Positions 1 to 7,109 of a stretch of 32,000 bases of DNA are shown here, one piece after another. The first letter of the stretch is position 1. Each line of letters opens with the position of its first letter. Position numbers and translations under genes: made by a program. The notes under the pieces were generated by a model. It searched no databases and had not been told where the DNA came from. It worked only from the letters and a program-made list of their open reading frames with translations. This stretch comes from Trichlorobacter lovleyi SZ. GTDB taxonomy: Bacteria > Desulfobacterota > Desulfuromonadia > Geobacterales > Pseudopelobacteraceae. Where the stretch lies: contig NC_010814.1 in assembly GCF_000020385.1 (NCBI RefSeq), positions 1,770,001 to 1,802,000 of the forward strand. The letters run 5' to 3'.

Positions 1-353
1 TGACACTGGAGCGTGGAGAACGGCCCTGGGGCACCTATACGGTGCTTGAGGAGAACAGTCACTACAAGATCAAGCGGATCGAGGTGTTGCCAGGTCAGCG
101 GCTGTCTCTGCAGAAGCATCATCATCGCAGTGAACACTGGATCGTTGTCTCGGGAACTGCTCTGGTGACCTGTGGTGACCGTGAATTCATGGTGAATGTC
201 AATGAGTCCACCTTTATTCCGATCGGTGAACAGCATCGCCTGCAGAATCCAGGTAAGATCCCGCTGGTGATTATTGAGGTGCAGAGTGGTGAATACCTGG
301 GAGAGGATGACATTGTCCGTTTTCAGGATGACTACCAGCGGGCTGAGGAGTAG
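1..353 (+). CDS. C-terminal cupin (type II phosphomannose isomerase) end of a ManC/XanB-like mannose-1-phosphate guanylyltransferase/mannose-6-phosphate isomerase; 5' end lies outside the window
   Basis: Frame 3 is open from nt 3 (..LERGERPWGTYTVLEE..), so the track ORF 42-353 is only a tail. Cupin motifs GQRLSLQKHHHRSEHWIVVSG and IPIGEQHRLQNPG are present. TAG at 351-353. Confidence 0.8.
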   Translation, partial: TLERGERPWGTYTVLEENSHYKIKRIEVLPGQRLSLQKHHHRSEHWIVVSGTALVTCGDREFMVNVNESTFIPIGEQHRLQNPGKIPLVIIEVQSGEYLGEDDIVRFQDDYQRAEE

Positions 354-362
354 GGAGGCACT

Positions 363-1439
363 ATGTATATTGTGATCCTGGCAGGAGGCTCCGGCACCCG
401 TTTCTGGCCGGTTTCCCGTGCGGCCCGTCCCAAACAGCTGATCAGTGTGACTGACGGTCCCACCATGCTGCAACGGACTGTCGAGCGTATCCTGCCGTTG
501 AAGCCCAAAAGGGTTCTGGTCATAACCAATCGGTTGCAGGCTGCTGAAACAGAACGCCAGCTGGCTGGATATCGTGCATCAGTTCCGGTTGACGTGATTG
601 CCGAGCCAGTGGGGCGCAATACTGCTCCGGCAGTGGGGTTGGCTGCCACCATCATTGCTGCCCATGACCCGGAAGGGGTAATGGTGGTGCTGCCTGCTGA
701 CCATTACATCAGGGATGATGAAGGACTACGTCAGAGCCTGCAACTGGCAGCCAATTCTGCCCGAAATGGCTGGCTGATGACCCTGGGTATTGTACCCACC
801 AGTCCCGAGACCGGCTATGGCTACCTTGAGGCAGATATGAGCCTGCGGGGGCTTGGTCCCTTTCCGGTGACCCGCTTTGTGGAAAAGCCGGATCGTGCCA
901 CAGCCCTTGCCTATCTGGAGGCTGGTACTTATTTCTGGAACAGTGGCATGTTTGTCTGGCGGGCTGACACAATTTTGAGCGAGATTGGGCGCTATATGCC
1001 GGAACTTGCCGCCCAGCTGGAACGGATGACCTTTGGTGACGTATGGGACTTGGCTGATCTGACAGCCCAGATTGCTGATATCTATGCTGCCATTGCTGGG
1101 CAGTCCATTGATTACGGTGTCATGGAACAGTCTGACCGGGTCCAGATGGTCCCTGCTGATATTGGCTGGAGCGACGTGGGCAGCTGGTCAGCCTTGCCGG
1201 AAGTTACGGAACTTGACGCAGAGGGCACGGTGGTTGCCAACTGCAGCAGGTATGTGAATGTTGACAGCAGCGGCTGTATTGTCTCCGGTAATGGTCATGT
1301 TGTGGCCACGGTGGGGGTGCATGACCTGATTGTGGTTGCAACTGGCGATGCCGTGCTGGTCTGCCCAAAGGATCGGGCCCAGGATGTCAAGAAGGTGGTT
1401 GAGCAGCTGGCTGCTCAAGGTCTGGAGACCTATTTGTAG
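363..1439 (+). CDS. mannose-1-phosphate guanylyltransferase (nucleotidyltransferase-only paralog, no cupin domain)
   Basis: N-terminal sugar-nucleotidyltransferase signature ILAGGSGTRFWPVSR. GYGY and FVEKP motifs are typical of GDP-mannose pyrophosphorylases. 358 aa; GGAGG-like RBS at 354-359. Confidence 0.85.
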   Translation: MYIVILAGGSGTRFWPVSRAARPKQLISVTDGPTMLQRTVERILPLKPKRVLVITNRLQAAETERQLAGYRASVPVDVIAEPVGRNTAPAVGLAATIIAAHDPEGVMVVLPADHYIRDDEGLRQSLQLAANSARNGWLMTLGIVPTSPETGYGYLEADMSLRGLGPFPVTRFVEKPDRATALAYLEAGTYFWNSGMFVWRADTILSEIGRYMPELAAQLERMTFGDVWDLADLTAQIADIYAAIAGQSIDYGVMEQSDRVQMVPADIGWSDVGSWSALPEVTELDAEGTVVANCSRYVNVDSSGCIVSGNGHVVATVGVHDLIVVATGDAVLVCPKDRAQDVKKVVEQLAAQGLETYL

Positions 1440-1446
1440 GTATGGC

Positions 1447-1476
1447 AAGGGGGAGGATGCTCTCCCCCTTTTTTTG
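1447..1476 (+). terminator. rho-independent terminator after the guanylyltransferase gene
   Basis: Stem AAGGGGGAG (1447-1455) / CTCCCCCTT (1462-1470), 6-nt loop, followed by a T-run. Confidence 0.8.
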
Positions 1477-1482
1477 ATCTGC

Positions 1483-1515
1483 TTGTCAACTTTAGTTTGT
1501 CTGGAAGGTTAACAA
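1483..1515. promoter_or_regulatory. BirA-operator-like inverted repeat TTGTCAAC-N17-GTTAACAA overlapping the bioF RBS/start
   Basis: Half-sites at 1483-1490 and 1508-1515 are reverse complements with one mismatch. Resembles the TGTAAAC..GTTTACA architecture of bio operators. Confidence 0.45.
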
Positions 1516-2690
1516 TGCCGTTACAGCTTCTATCCCAAAGGCTTGAAAAAACCCAGCATGATGGTCTGTACCGCAGTCTGCGGTCGGTTGAGCGGACAAC
1601 ACCGCAGGTCTTTGTTGAAGGTCGCCAGGCGCTCCTGTTCTGCTCAAATAACTACCTGGGGCTGGCAGAACATCCAAGCCTTGCACAGGCTGCAGCTGAT
1701 GCTGCCTTGCAGTACGGCACCTCCAGTGCAGCCTCGCGGTTGGTCTCAGGCAACCAGCCGTTACATGCCATGCTCGAAGCAAAACTGTCTGCCTGGAAAG
1801 GAACGGAAACTGCCCTGCTGTTTAACAGCGGTTATGCAGCGAACACCGGCATCATTGCTGCGCTGGCCGGACGGGGGGATATCATCTTCTCTGACCGGCT
1901 GAATCACGCCAGCATCATTGATGGAGCCCTGCTCTCAGGTGCCAGGCTGATCCGCTACCCCCACAATGATACCCTGGCACTGGCACGCCTGTTGGAACAG
2001 CATCAGACAGACGGTCTCAGGCTGATTGTAACAGACGGAGTCTTCAGTATGGATGGCGATATCGCTCCGTTACAAGGGATTGCTGATCTGGCAGAGCAGC
2101 ATAGGGCCCTGTTGATGGTGGATGATGCCCACGCCGGAGGGGTACTGGGACAGCAGGGCAGAGGAACCGTTGATTTCTGTGGCGTTACAGGGCGTGTGGC
2201 TATCCAGATGGGAACCTTTGGCAAGGCCCTGGGCAGTTTTGGCGCCTATGCTGCCTGTTCAAGGCTGGTTCGGGACTATCTGATCAATCGTTCCCGTTCA
2301 TTGATCTTTTCCACCTCTCTGCCACCGGCAGTGTTGGCTGCCTCAGCAGCAGCAGTTGAGCTGGTGCAGGCAGAAGAAGGTCAGCAATTACGGCAGCAGC
2401 TTACAGATAACAGTCACCTGCTGCGTTACCTCCTGCAACAGGCAGGCTACAAGGTGCCCGATGGCTGCACCCCGATTGTCCCGGTAATGGTGGGTGAAGC
2501 GGAAACCACCACACGCTTTTCAACCAGATTGCTGGAGGAAGGGGTCTTTGTGCAGGGGATTCGCCCCCCCACGGTGCCAAAAGGGACCAGTCGCCTGCGC
2601 TGTACGGTCATGGCCAGCCATAGCCCGGACCAGATCCAGCAGGCAGTCGCCGCCATTACCCGGGTTGGCCGGGAACTGGGGGTGCTCTGA
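1515..2690 (+). CDS. bioF: 8-amino-7-oxononanoate synthase
   Basis: PLP alpha-oxoamine synthase motifs (NSGYAANTG, DDAHAGGVLG, MGTFGKALGSFGAY). ATG 1515 is preceded by GGAAGG; the track ORF begins at an upstream TTG (1497). Followed by bioH and bioC. Confidence 0.9.
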   Translation: MPLQLLSQRLEKTQHDGLYRSLRSVERTTPQVFVEGRQALLFCSNNYLGLAEHPSLAQAAADAALQYGTSSAASRLVSGNQPLHAMLEAKLSAWKGTETALLFNSGYAANTGIIAALAGRGDIIFSDRLNHASIIDGALLSGARLIRYPHNDTLALARLLEQHQTDGLRLIVTDGVFSMDGDIAPLQGIADLAEQHRALLMVDDAHAGGVLGQQGRGTVDFCGVTGRVAIQMGTFGKALGSFGAYAACSRLVRDYLINRSRSLIFSTSLPPAVLAASAAAVELVQAEEGQQLRQQLTDNSHLLRYLLQQAGYKVPDGCTPIVPVMVGEAETTTRFSTRLLEEGVFVQGIRPPTVPKGTSRLRCTVMASHSPDQIQQAVAAITRVGRELGVL

Positions 2691-3505
2691 TGCCGTTTGC
2701 AGGGCCGATCTGGTATGAAGAACATGGCGAGGGACAACCGATCCTCCTGTTTGTGCATGGCTGGTGCATGTCATCAGCTGTCTGGGGATTGCAGCGGGAT
2801 TTTTTTGCAGAGCAGTACCGCATTATTGCTTTAGATCTGCGGGGACATGGGCAGTCAGTGGTACCAGAGAAAGGAACAACAGGATTTGGCGGCTACGCTG
2901 CTGATATTGTCAATGTTGTTGAGCAGCTTGACCTGCGGGATGTGGTTGCCGTTGGCTGGTCCCTGGGGGCGCAGACCCTGCTCAAAGCTTGGCCGGATCT
3001 GCAGGGACGGCTGGTCGGGCTGGTGTTGGTGGGGGCAACGCCACGTTTTTCAGCAGCGCCTCATTTTCCCTATGGGTTACCCCCGAAAGAGGCTGAAGGG
3101 ATGCGCCTGAAGGTGCGCCGTAGTCTTGAACGAGCACTGGAAGGTTTTCATCGCAATCTGTTTGTTGAGCATGAACTTGATGACCCTGTTGTTGCGCAAC
3201 AGGTTGCCGAACAGTTGGGGCGGGTTGTTGCGCCACAGCCTGCTGCTGCCCTTGCTGGGCTTGAGGCGTTGATGGAGGAAGAGCTTATGGAAGAGGCCCA
3301 GCAGGTCACCTGTCCCACCCTGCTGCTACATGGCGATCAGGACCGGGTCTGTCTGCCTGCTGCTTCAGCTTGGCTGGAACAACGGATGCACAACTGTCGG
3401 CGCACGCTCTATGCTGGTTGTGGGCATGCGCCGTTTCTCAGCCGTGCCCGGCAGTTTAACCATGATCTGTTACATTTTGTTGGAGATCTGCATGGCACGT
3501 ATTGA
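2690..3505 (+). CDS. bioH: pimeloyl-ACP methyl ester carboxylesterase (alpha/beta hydrolase)
   Basis: HGW oxyanion motif, GWSLGA nucleophile elbow, GCGHAPF histidine motif. TGATG start/stop overlap with bioF. Sits between bioF and bioC. Confidence 0.8.
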   Translation: MPFAGPIWYEEHGEGQPILLFVHGWCMSSAVWGLQRDFFAEQYRIIALDLRGHGQSVVPEKGTTGFGGYAADIVNVVEQLDLRDVVAVGWSLGAQTLLKAWPDLQGRLVGLVLVGATPRFSAAPHFPYGLPPKEAEGMRLKVRRSLERALEGFHRNLFVEHELDDPVVAQQVAEQLGRVVAPQPAAALAGLEALMEEELMEEAQQVTCPTLLLHGDQDRVCLPAASAWLEQRMHNCRRTLYAGCGHAPFLSRARQFNHDLLHFVGDLHGTY

Positions 3506-4307
3506 TCGACAGAGGGTGCAGAGTTCATTTCACCGTGGTGCAGGAGCGTATGACCAGCATACGCCGGTTCAGCAGCGGGTTTTACAACACCTGATACAGC
3601 TGATTGGTCAGTATCCGTTTGCCCCCAATGCAACTGTCCTGGATATTGGTTGCGGCACCGGACGTCTGCTGGAACTGTTGGGACACTGCTTTCCTGGTAC
3701 TGCTTTAACCGGTCTTGACCTGGCTCCCAATATGCTGCAGCAGGCTGCTGAACGGCTGCCAGCAACTGTCAGGCTGGTGCAGGGAGACGCGGAACAACTC
3801 CCCTTTGGCAACAGCAGTTTTCAGATGGTGCTTTCCAGCTCTACCTTTCAGTGGCTTGATACCCTGCAGTGCTGTTTTGAAGAGGTTCGGCGGGTGCTTG
3901 AACCAGAGGGGCTATTTCTGTTCAGCCTGTTTGGTGAAGGGACGCTCTTTGAGTTACGGGAATCGTGGTGCCAAGCATTACTGAACACCGGACGGGCAGG
4001 CGAGACAGCAAACAACGGCACCCATCGCTTTCATGACAGTGAGCAGGTCCGGCATGCCATGGAACTGGCGGGCTTCCGAGATATATCGGTCTGGTCGGGG
4101 CTTGAACAGATCTGGTATCCGGATGTGCCGCATCTGCTGCAGGCAATCAAACGGATTGGGGCGGGGACAGCGCGGCCGCCATCCGGTGGCGGATTGGGGT
4201 GGCGCAGGGTGCTGCATGAAATGGCAGCGGTCTACTGCGAACGGTTCGGTACGCCTGACGGTGTGCCGGTCAGCTATACGGTGATTTACGCAACAGGCAA
4301 GCGCTGA
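3492..4307 (+). CDS. bioC: malonyl-ACP O-methyltransferase
   Basis: Starts MARIDRQRVQSSFHRGAGAYDQHTPVQ. SAM-binding motif VLDIGCGTG and BioC-like GDAEQLPF. ATG 3492 overlaps the bioH end by 14 nt; the upstream part of track ORF 3330-4307 is out-of-frame overlap with bioH. Confidence 0.85.
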   Translation: MARIDRQRVQSSFHRGAGAYDQHTPVQQRVLQHLIQLIGQYPFAPNATVLDIGCGTGRLLELLGHCFPGTALTGLDLAPNMLQQAAERLPATVRLVQGDAEQLPFGNSSFQMVLSSSTFQWLDTLQCCFEEVRRVLEPEGLFLFSLFGEGTLFELRESWCQALLNTGRAGETANNGTHRFHDSEQVRHAMELAGFRDISVWSGLEQIWYPDVPHLLQAIKRIGAGTARPPSGGGLGWRRVLHEMAAVYCERFGTPDGVPVSYTVIYATGKR

Positions 4308-4588
4308 TCTGAGTTCATCAATGCAGCGATCAGTTTCTTTGCCAGGGGGTGAATAACGCTGTAATGAACCTCTACACCGTCACGTTTGCCTTCAATGATC
4401 CCCTTGTTCTTCAGCAGGGCCAGATGCTGGGAAACCGTAGCCTGGGGCAGGTTGAGACATTCCCAGATATGCTTGACATTGCACTCCTGGGTGCAAAGCC
4501 CGGCCACGATCTTGAGCCGGATCGGATGCCCCAGAACCTTCAGTATTTCTGCCTCATTGCTAAACATCATGTTTTTGTCAAAATCCAT
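4286..4588 (-). CDS. ArsR/SmtB-family HTH transcriptional regulator
   Basis: LKVLGHPIRLKIVAGLCTQECNVKHIWECLNLPQATVSQHLALLKNKGII is a classic ArsR wHTH with a CxxxC where ArsR metal sites lie. Start taken at ATG 4588 (MDFDKN..). The 3' end overlaps the convergent bioC by 22 nt. Confidence 0.8.
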   Translation of the reverse strand: MDFDKNMMFSNEAEILKVLGHPIRLKIVAGLCTQECNVKHIWECLNLPQATVSQHLALLKNKGIIEGKRDGVEVHYSVIHPLAKKLIAALMNSDQRLPVA

Positions 4589-4684
4589 GGAAAGTCCTAT
4601 CTGTAGGCGATTTTTGAAAACTATATATATAAATATTTTTCCTGTCAATCGGCTCAAAACAATTGTTGTTTAAAAACAAAAGGC

Positions 4685-4713
4685 TTGCAACCTCCGGGGA
4701 GCTGTGGTATTGC
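4685..4713 (+). promoter_or_regulatory. candidate sigma70 promoter of the rimP-nusA-infB operon
   Basis: TTGCAA (4685-4690), N17, then TGgTATTGC extended -10 (4705-4713). Confidence 0.3.
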
Positions 4714-4742
4714 CTTGCCTACATTTTGTGCTGTCTGACAAA

Positions 4743-4767
4743 GTGGGCTCGCAAAGCCCACTTTTTT
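4743..4767 (+). terminator. intrinsic-terminator-like hairpin in the rimP leader (possible attenuator)
   Basis: GTGGGCT (4743-4749) / AGCCCAC (4755-4761), 5-nt loop, T6 run 4762-4767. Lies 18 nt upstream of the rimP ATG, with no + strand gene upstream to terminate. Confidence 0.6.
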
Positions 4768-4784
4768 ATTGCCTGGAGTTTTTC

Positions 4785-5264
4785 ATGAGCGCAACTGATC
4801 CGATACAGCGGGTAGAAACATTGCTTCAGCCGATTCTTGATGCAATGGGACTTGAACTGGTGGAACTTGAGTTCAAGAAGGTTGGACGGAGCTATCTGCT
4901 GCGGGTTTTTATTGACAAACCGGATGGGGTGAATCTGGATGACTGTGCTGAAGTAAGCCGTGAGCTATCGGTGCAGCTTGATGTTGAGGATTGTATTGCC
5001 AGCCGCTATACCTTGGAGGTTTCGTCACCGGGCCTTGACCGGCCACTGAAAAAGGAACAGGATTTCATTCGGTATCAAGGGCGGCTTGCTGTGGTTAAAA
5101 CCACGGAGCTTTTGAAGGATGAAAAAGGAAGTCCGCGCAAGACATTCCTCGGTTTTCTTGAGGGGGTTGAGGATGGCGAGGTGATGATCCGTTTAAAGGA
5201 AGGTCCCCAGGCCCGTATTCCCTGGGACAAGATTGCTAAGGCGCATCTTGAGTTTGAATTCTAG
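4785..5264 (+). CDS. rimP: ribosome maturation factor RimP
   Basis: MSATDPIQRVETLLQPILDAMGLELVELEF.. and LEVSSPGLDRPL motif. Immediately upstream of nusA. Start at ATG 4785, not the track's 4704. Confidence 0.9.
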   Translation: MSATDPIQRVETLLQPILDAMGLELVELEFKKVGRSYLLRVFIDKPDGVNLDDCAEVSRELSVQLDVEDCIASRYTLEVSSPGLDRPLKKEQDFIRYQGRLAVVKTTELLKDEKGSPRKTFLGFLEGVEDGEVMIRLKEGPQARIPWDKIAKAHLEFEF

Positions 5265-5336
5265 CGTAATCAGCGTAACCAAAGAACTTTGCCGTATTTA
5301 ATTTTTAATCCGTGACCGCATAAGGAGATTCGTGCC

Positions 5337-6494
5337 GTGGATACAATCGTCAGTCTCAAACAGGCCATCGAGCAGATCGTGAAAGAGAAGGGGATCGACC
5401 GTCAGGTGGTGATCGAGGCGATGGAACAGGCAGTTCTGTCTGCTGCCAATAAAAAATATCGTAATACCCGCAATCTGGAAGCGCACTATAACAACGACAC
5501 TGGCGAAGTGGAGTTGTTTGAATATGTTGTGGTGGTGGAAGAGGTGCAGGACTCCTATACCGAGATCTCATTGGATGAGGCTCGTGAAATGGACCCGGAG
5601 TGTGAGGTTGGCGATGAGCTGGGTGAGAAAATAGACTCCGGTGATTTTGGCCGGATTGCTGCCCAGACAGCCAAGCAGGTGATTATCCAGAAAGTGCGCG
5701 AAGCGGAGCGTGAGACTGTCTTTAATGAGTACAAGGACCGTCAGTGGGAGATCGTGACCGGTCAGGTCCGCCGGTTTGAGCGTGGGGATCTGCTGATTGA
5801 CCTTGGCCGGGCAGAAGCTATACTGTCAGGCAAAGAGCAGATGCCCCGCGAAGTGTATCGCCCCGGAGACCGGATTCGGGCCATTATCACCGACATCGCC
5901 ATGACCACCAAGGGGCCGCAGATCATCCTGTCCCGCACCCATCCCCAGATGCTGGCCAAGCTGTTTGAGGCAGAAGTTCCGGAAATCGGCGAAGGGTTGG
6001 TTGAGATTGTCAACGTTGTCCGTGATCCGGGGAGCCGGGCCAAGATTGCTGTTGCTTCTCATGATCGTGATATTGATCCGGTTGGCGCCTGCGTTGGCAT
6101 GCGCGGCTCACGGGTTCAGAATGTGGTTTCCGAACTGCGTGGCGAGAAGATCGATATCATACCCTGGTCAGCCGATATTGCCCGCTTTGTCTGCAACGCA
6201 CTATCGCCGGCTCAGGTGGTCAAGGTCTTTATGGATGAGGAACAGCGTACGCTTGAGGTGATTGTACCTGATGACCAGCTGTCCCTGGCAATCGGCAAGC
6301 GTGGCCAGAACGTTAGTCTTGCTGCCCGCCTGACCGGCTGCCGGATCGATATCAAGGGTGAAGGCAAGGTGGAGGAAGGTGATCTTGAAGAGTTTGCTTC
6401 CTTCGATGGCACACACGTTGAAGAAGAACCGGAAGAAATGGCTGTGGATGAAGAGACAGATCAGCAACAACCGGAGCCGGAGATTGCTGCCTAG
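5337..6494 (+). CDS. nusA: transcription termination/antitermination factor NusA
   Basis: N-terminal domain, S1 and two KH regions recognisable (GDRIRA.., RTHPQMLAKLF, DPVGACVGMRGSRVQ, LAIGKRGQNV). GTG start with AAGGAG RBS at 5323-5328. Acidic C-terminal tail. Confidence 0.95.
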   Translation: MDTIVSLKQAIEQIVKEKGIDRQVVIEAMEQAVLSAANKKYRNTRNLEAHYNNDTGEVELFEYVVVVEEVQDSYTEISLDEAREMDPECEVGDELGEKIDSGDFGRIAAQTAKQVIIQKVREAERETVFNEYKDRQWEIVTGQVRRFERGDLLIDLGRAEAILSGKEQMPREVYRPGDRIRAIITDIAMTTKGPQIILSRTHPQMLAKLFEAEVPEIGEGLVEIVNVVRDPGSRAKIAVASHDRDIDPVGACVGMRGSRVQNVVSELRGEKIDIIPWSADIARFVCNALSPAQVVKVFMDEEQRTLEVIVPDDQLSLAIGKRGQNVSLAARLTGCRIDIKGEGKVEEGDLEEFASFDGTHVEEEPEEMAVDEETDQQQPEPEIAA

Positions 6495-6497
6495 CAT

Positions 6498-7109
6498 ATG
6501 AAGCAGCACGGTGGGACAGGGCCACAGCGAAGTTGTATCGCCTGTAGACGTGAAGGGGATAAAGCGAACTTTCTTCGCTTTGTGATCGCGCCGGACGGCA
6601 CGGTAACCCCGGACCTTGAAGGAAAGCTGCCCGGACGTGGAGCATATCTTTGTCAGTCCAGGCGTTGCGTGCTGGATGCTGCCTCCAAGCGGCAGTTTAA
6701 TCGTGCCTTCAAGGGGATGGCTGCAACTGTTGATGGTCCGGCATTGGTAACGCTTCTGCAGCAGATCATGGAACAACGGATCAGCGGCTATCTTGCCCTG
6801 GCAAACAAGGCTGGTGCAACGGTGTCCGGTGGTGAGGCAATTGAACGGTCCCTGAAGGGGATGAAACTGCCGCGTCTGCTGGTGCTGGCAACGGATATCT
6901 CTTCAGCCATTGCTGAAAAGCTGGAAGGGATGGCGGCACGGGCGGCTGTGCCGGTGGTGCAGGTGTTGTCCAAGGAGTTGTTGGGACAACTGGTAGGTAA
7001 AGAGTCGGATCGAAGCGCTGTAGCCGTGATGTCGGACGGCTTTGCATGGTCACTTGTTAAGGAAATTGAGCGATACAGGAACTACCTGGAGGAGGAGAGC
7101 GGTCGATGA
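6498..7109 (+). CDS. ylxR: YlxR (DUF448) RNA-binding domain fused to an L7Ae/YlxQ-like domain
   Basis: N-terminus [19 protein letters not shown]...GRGAYLC = YlxR signature. C-terminus [33 protein letters not shown] is L7Ae/YlxQ-like. Sits between nusA and infB. Confidence 0.75.
   Translation: MKQHGGTGPQRSCIACRREGDKANFLRFVIAPDGTVTPDLEGKLPGRGAYLCQSRRCVLDAASKRQFNRAFKGMAATVDGPALVTLLQQIMEQRISGYLALANKAGATVSGGEAIERSLKGMKLPRLLVLATDISSAIAEKLEGMAARAAVPVVQVLSKELLGQLVGKESDRSAVAVMSDGFAWSLVKEIERYRNYLEEESGR

Noticed and set aside
6201-6776. 191-aa minus-strand ORF
   Set aside because: It is antisense to the nusA 3' end and the ylxR-like gene, within a tightly packed + strand operon.
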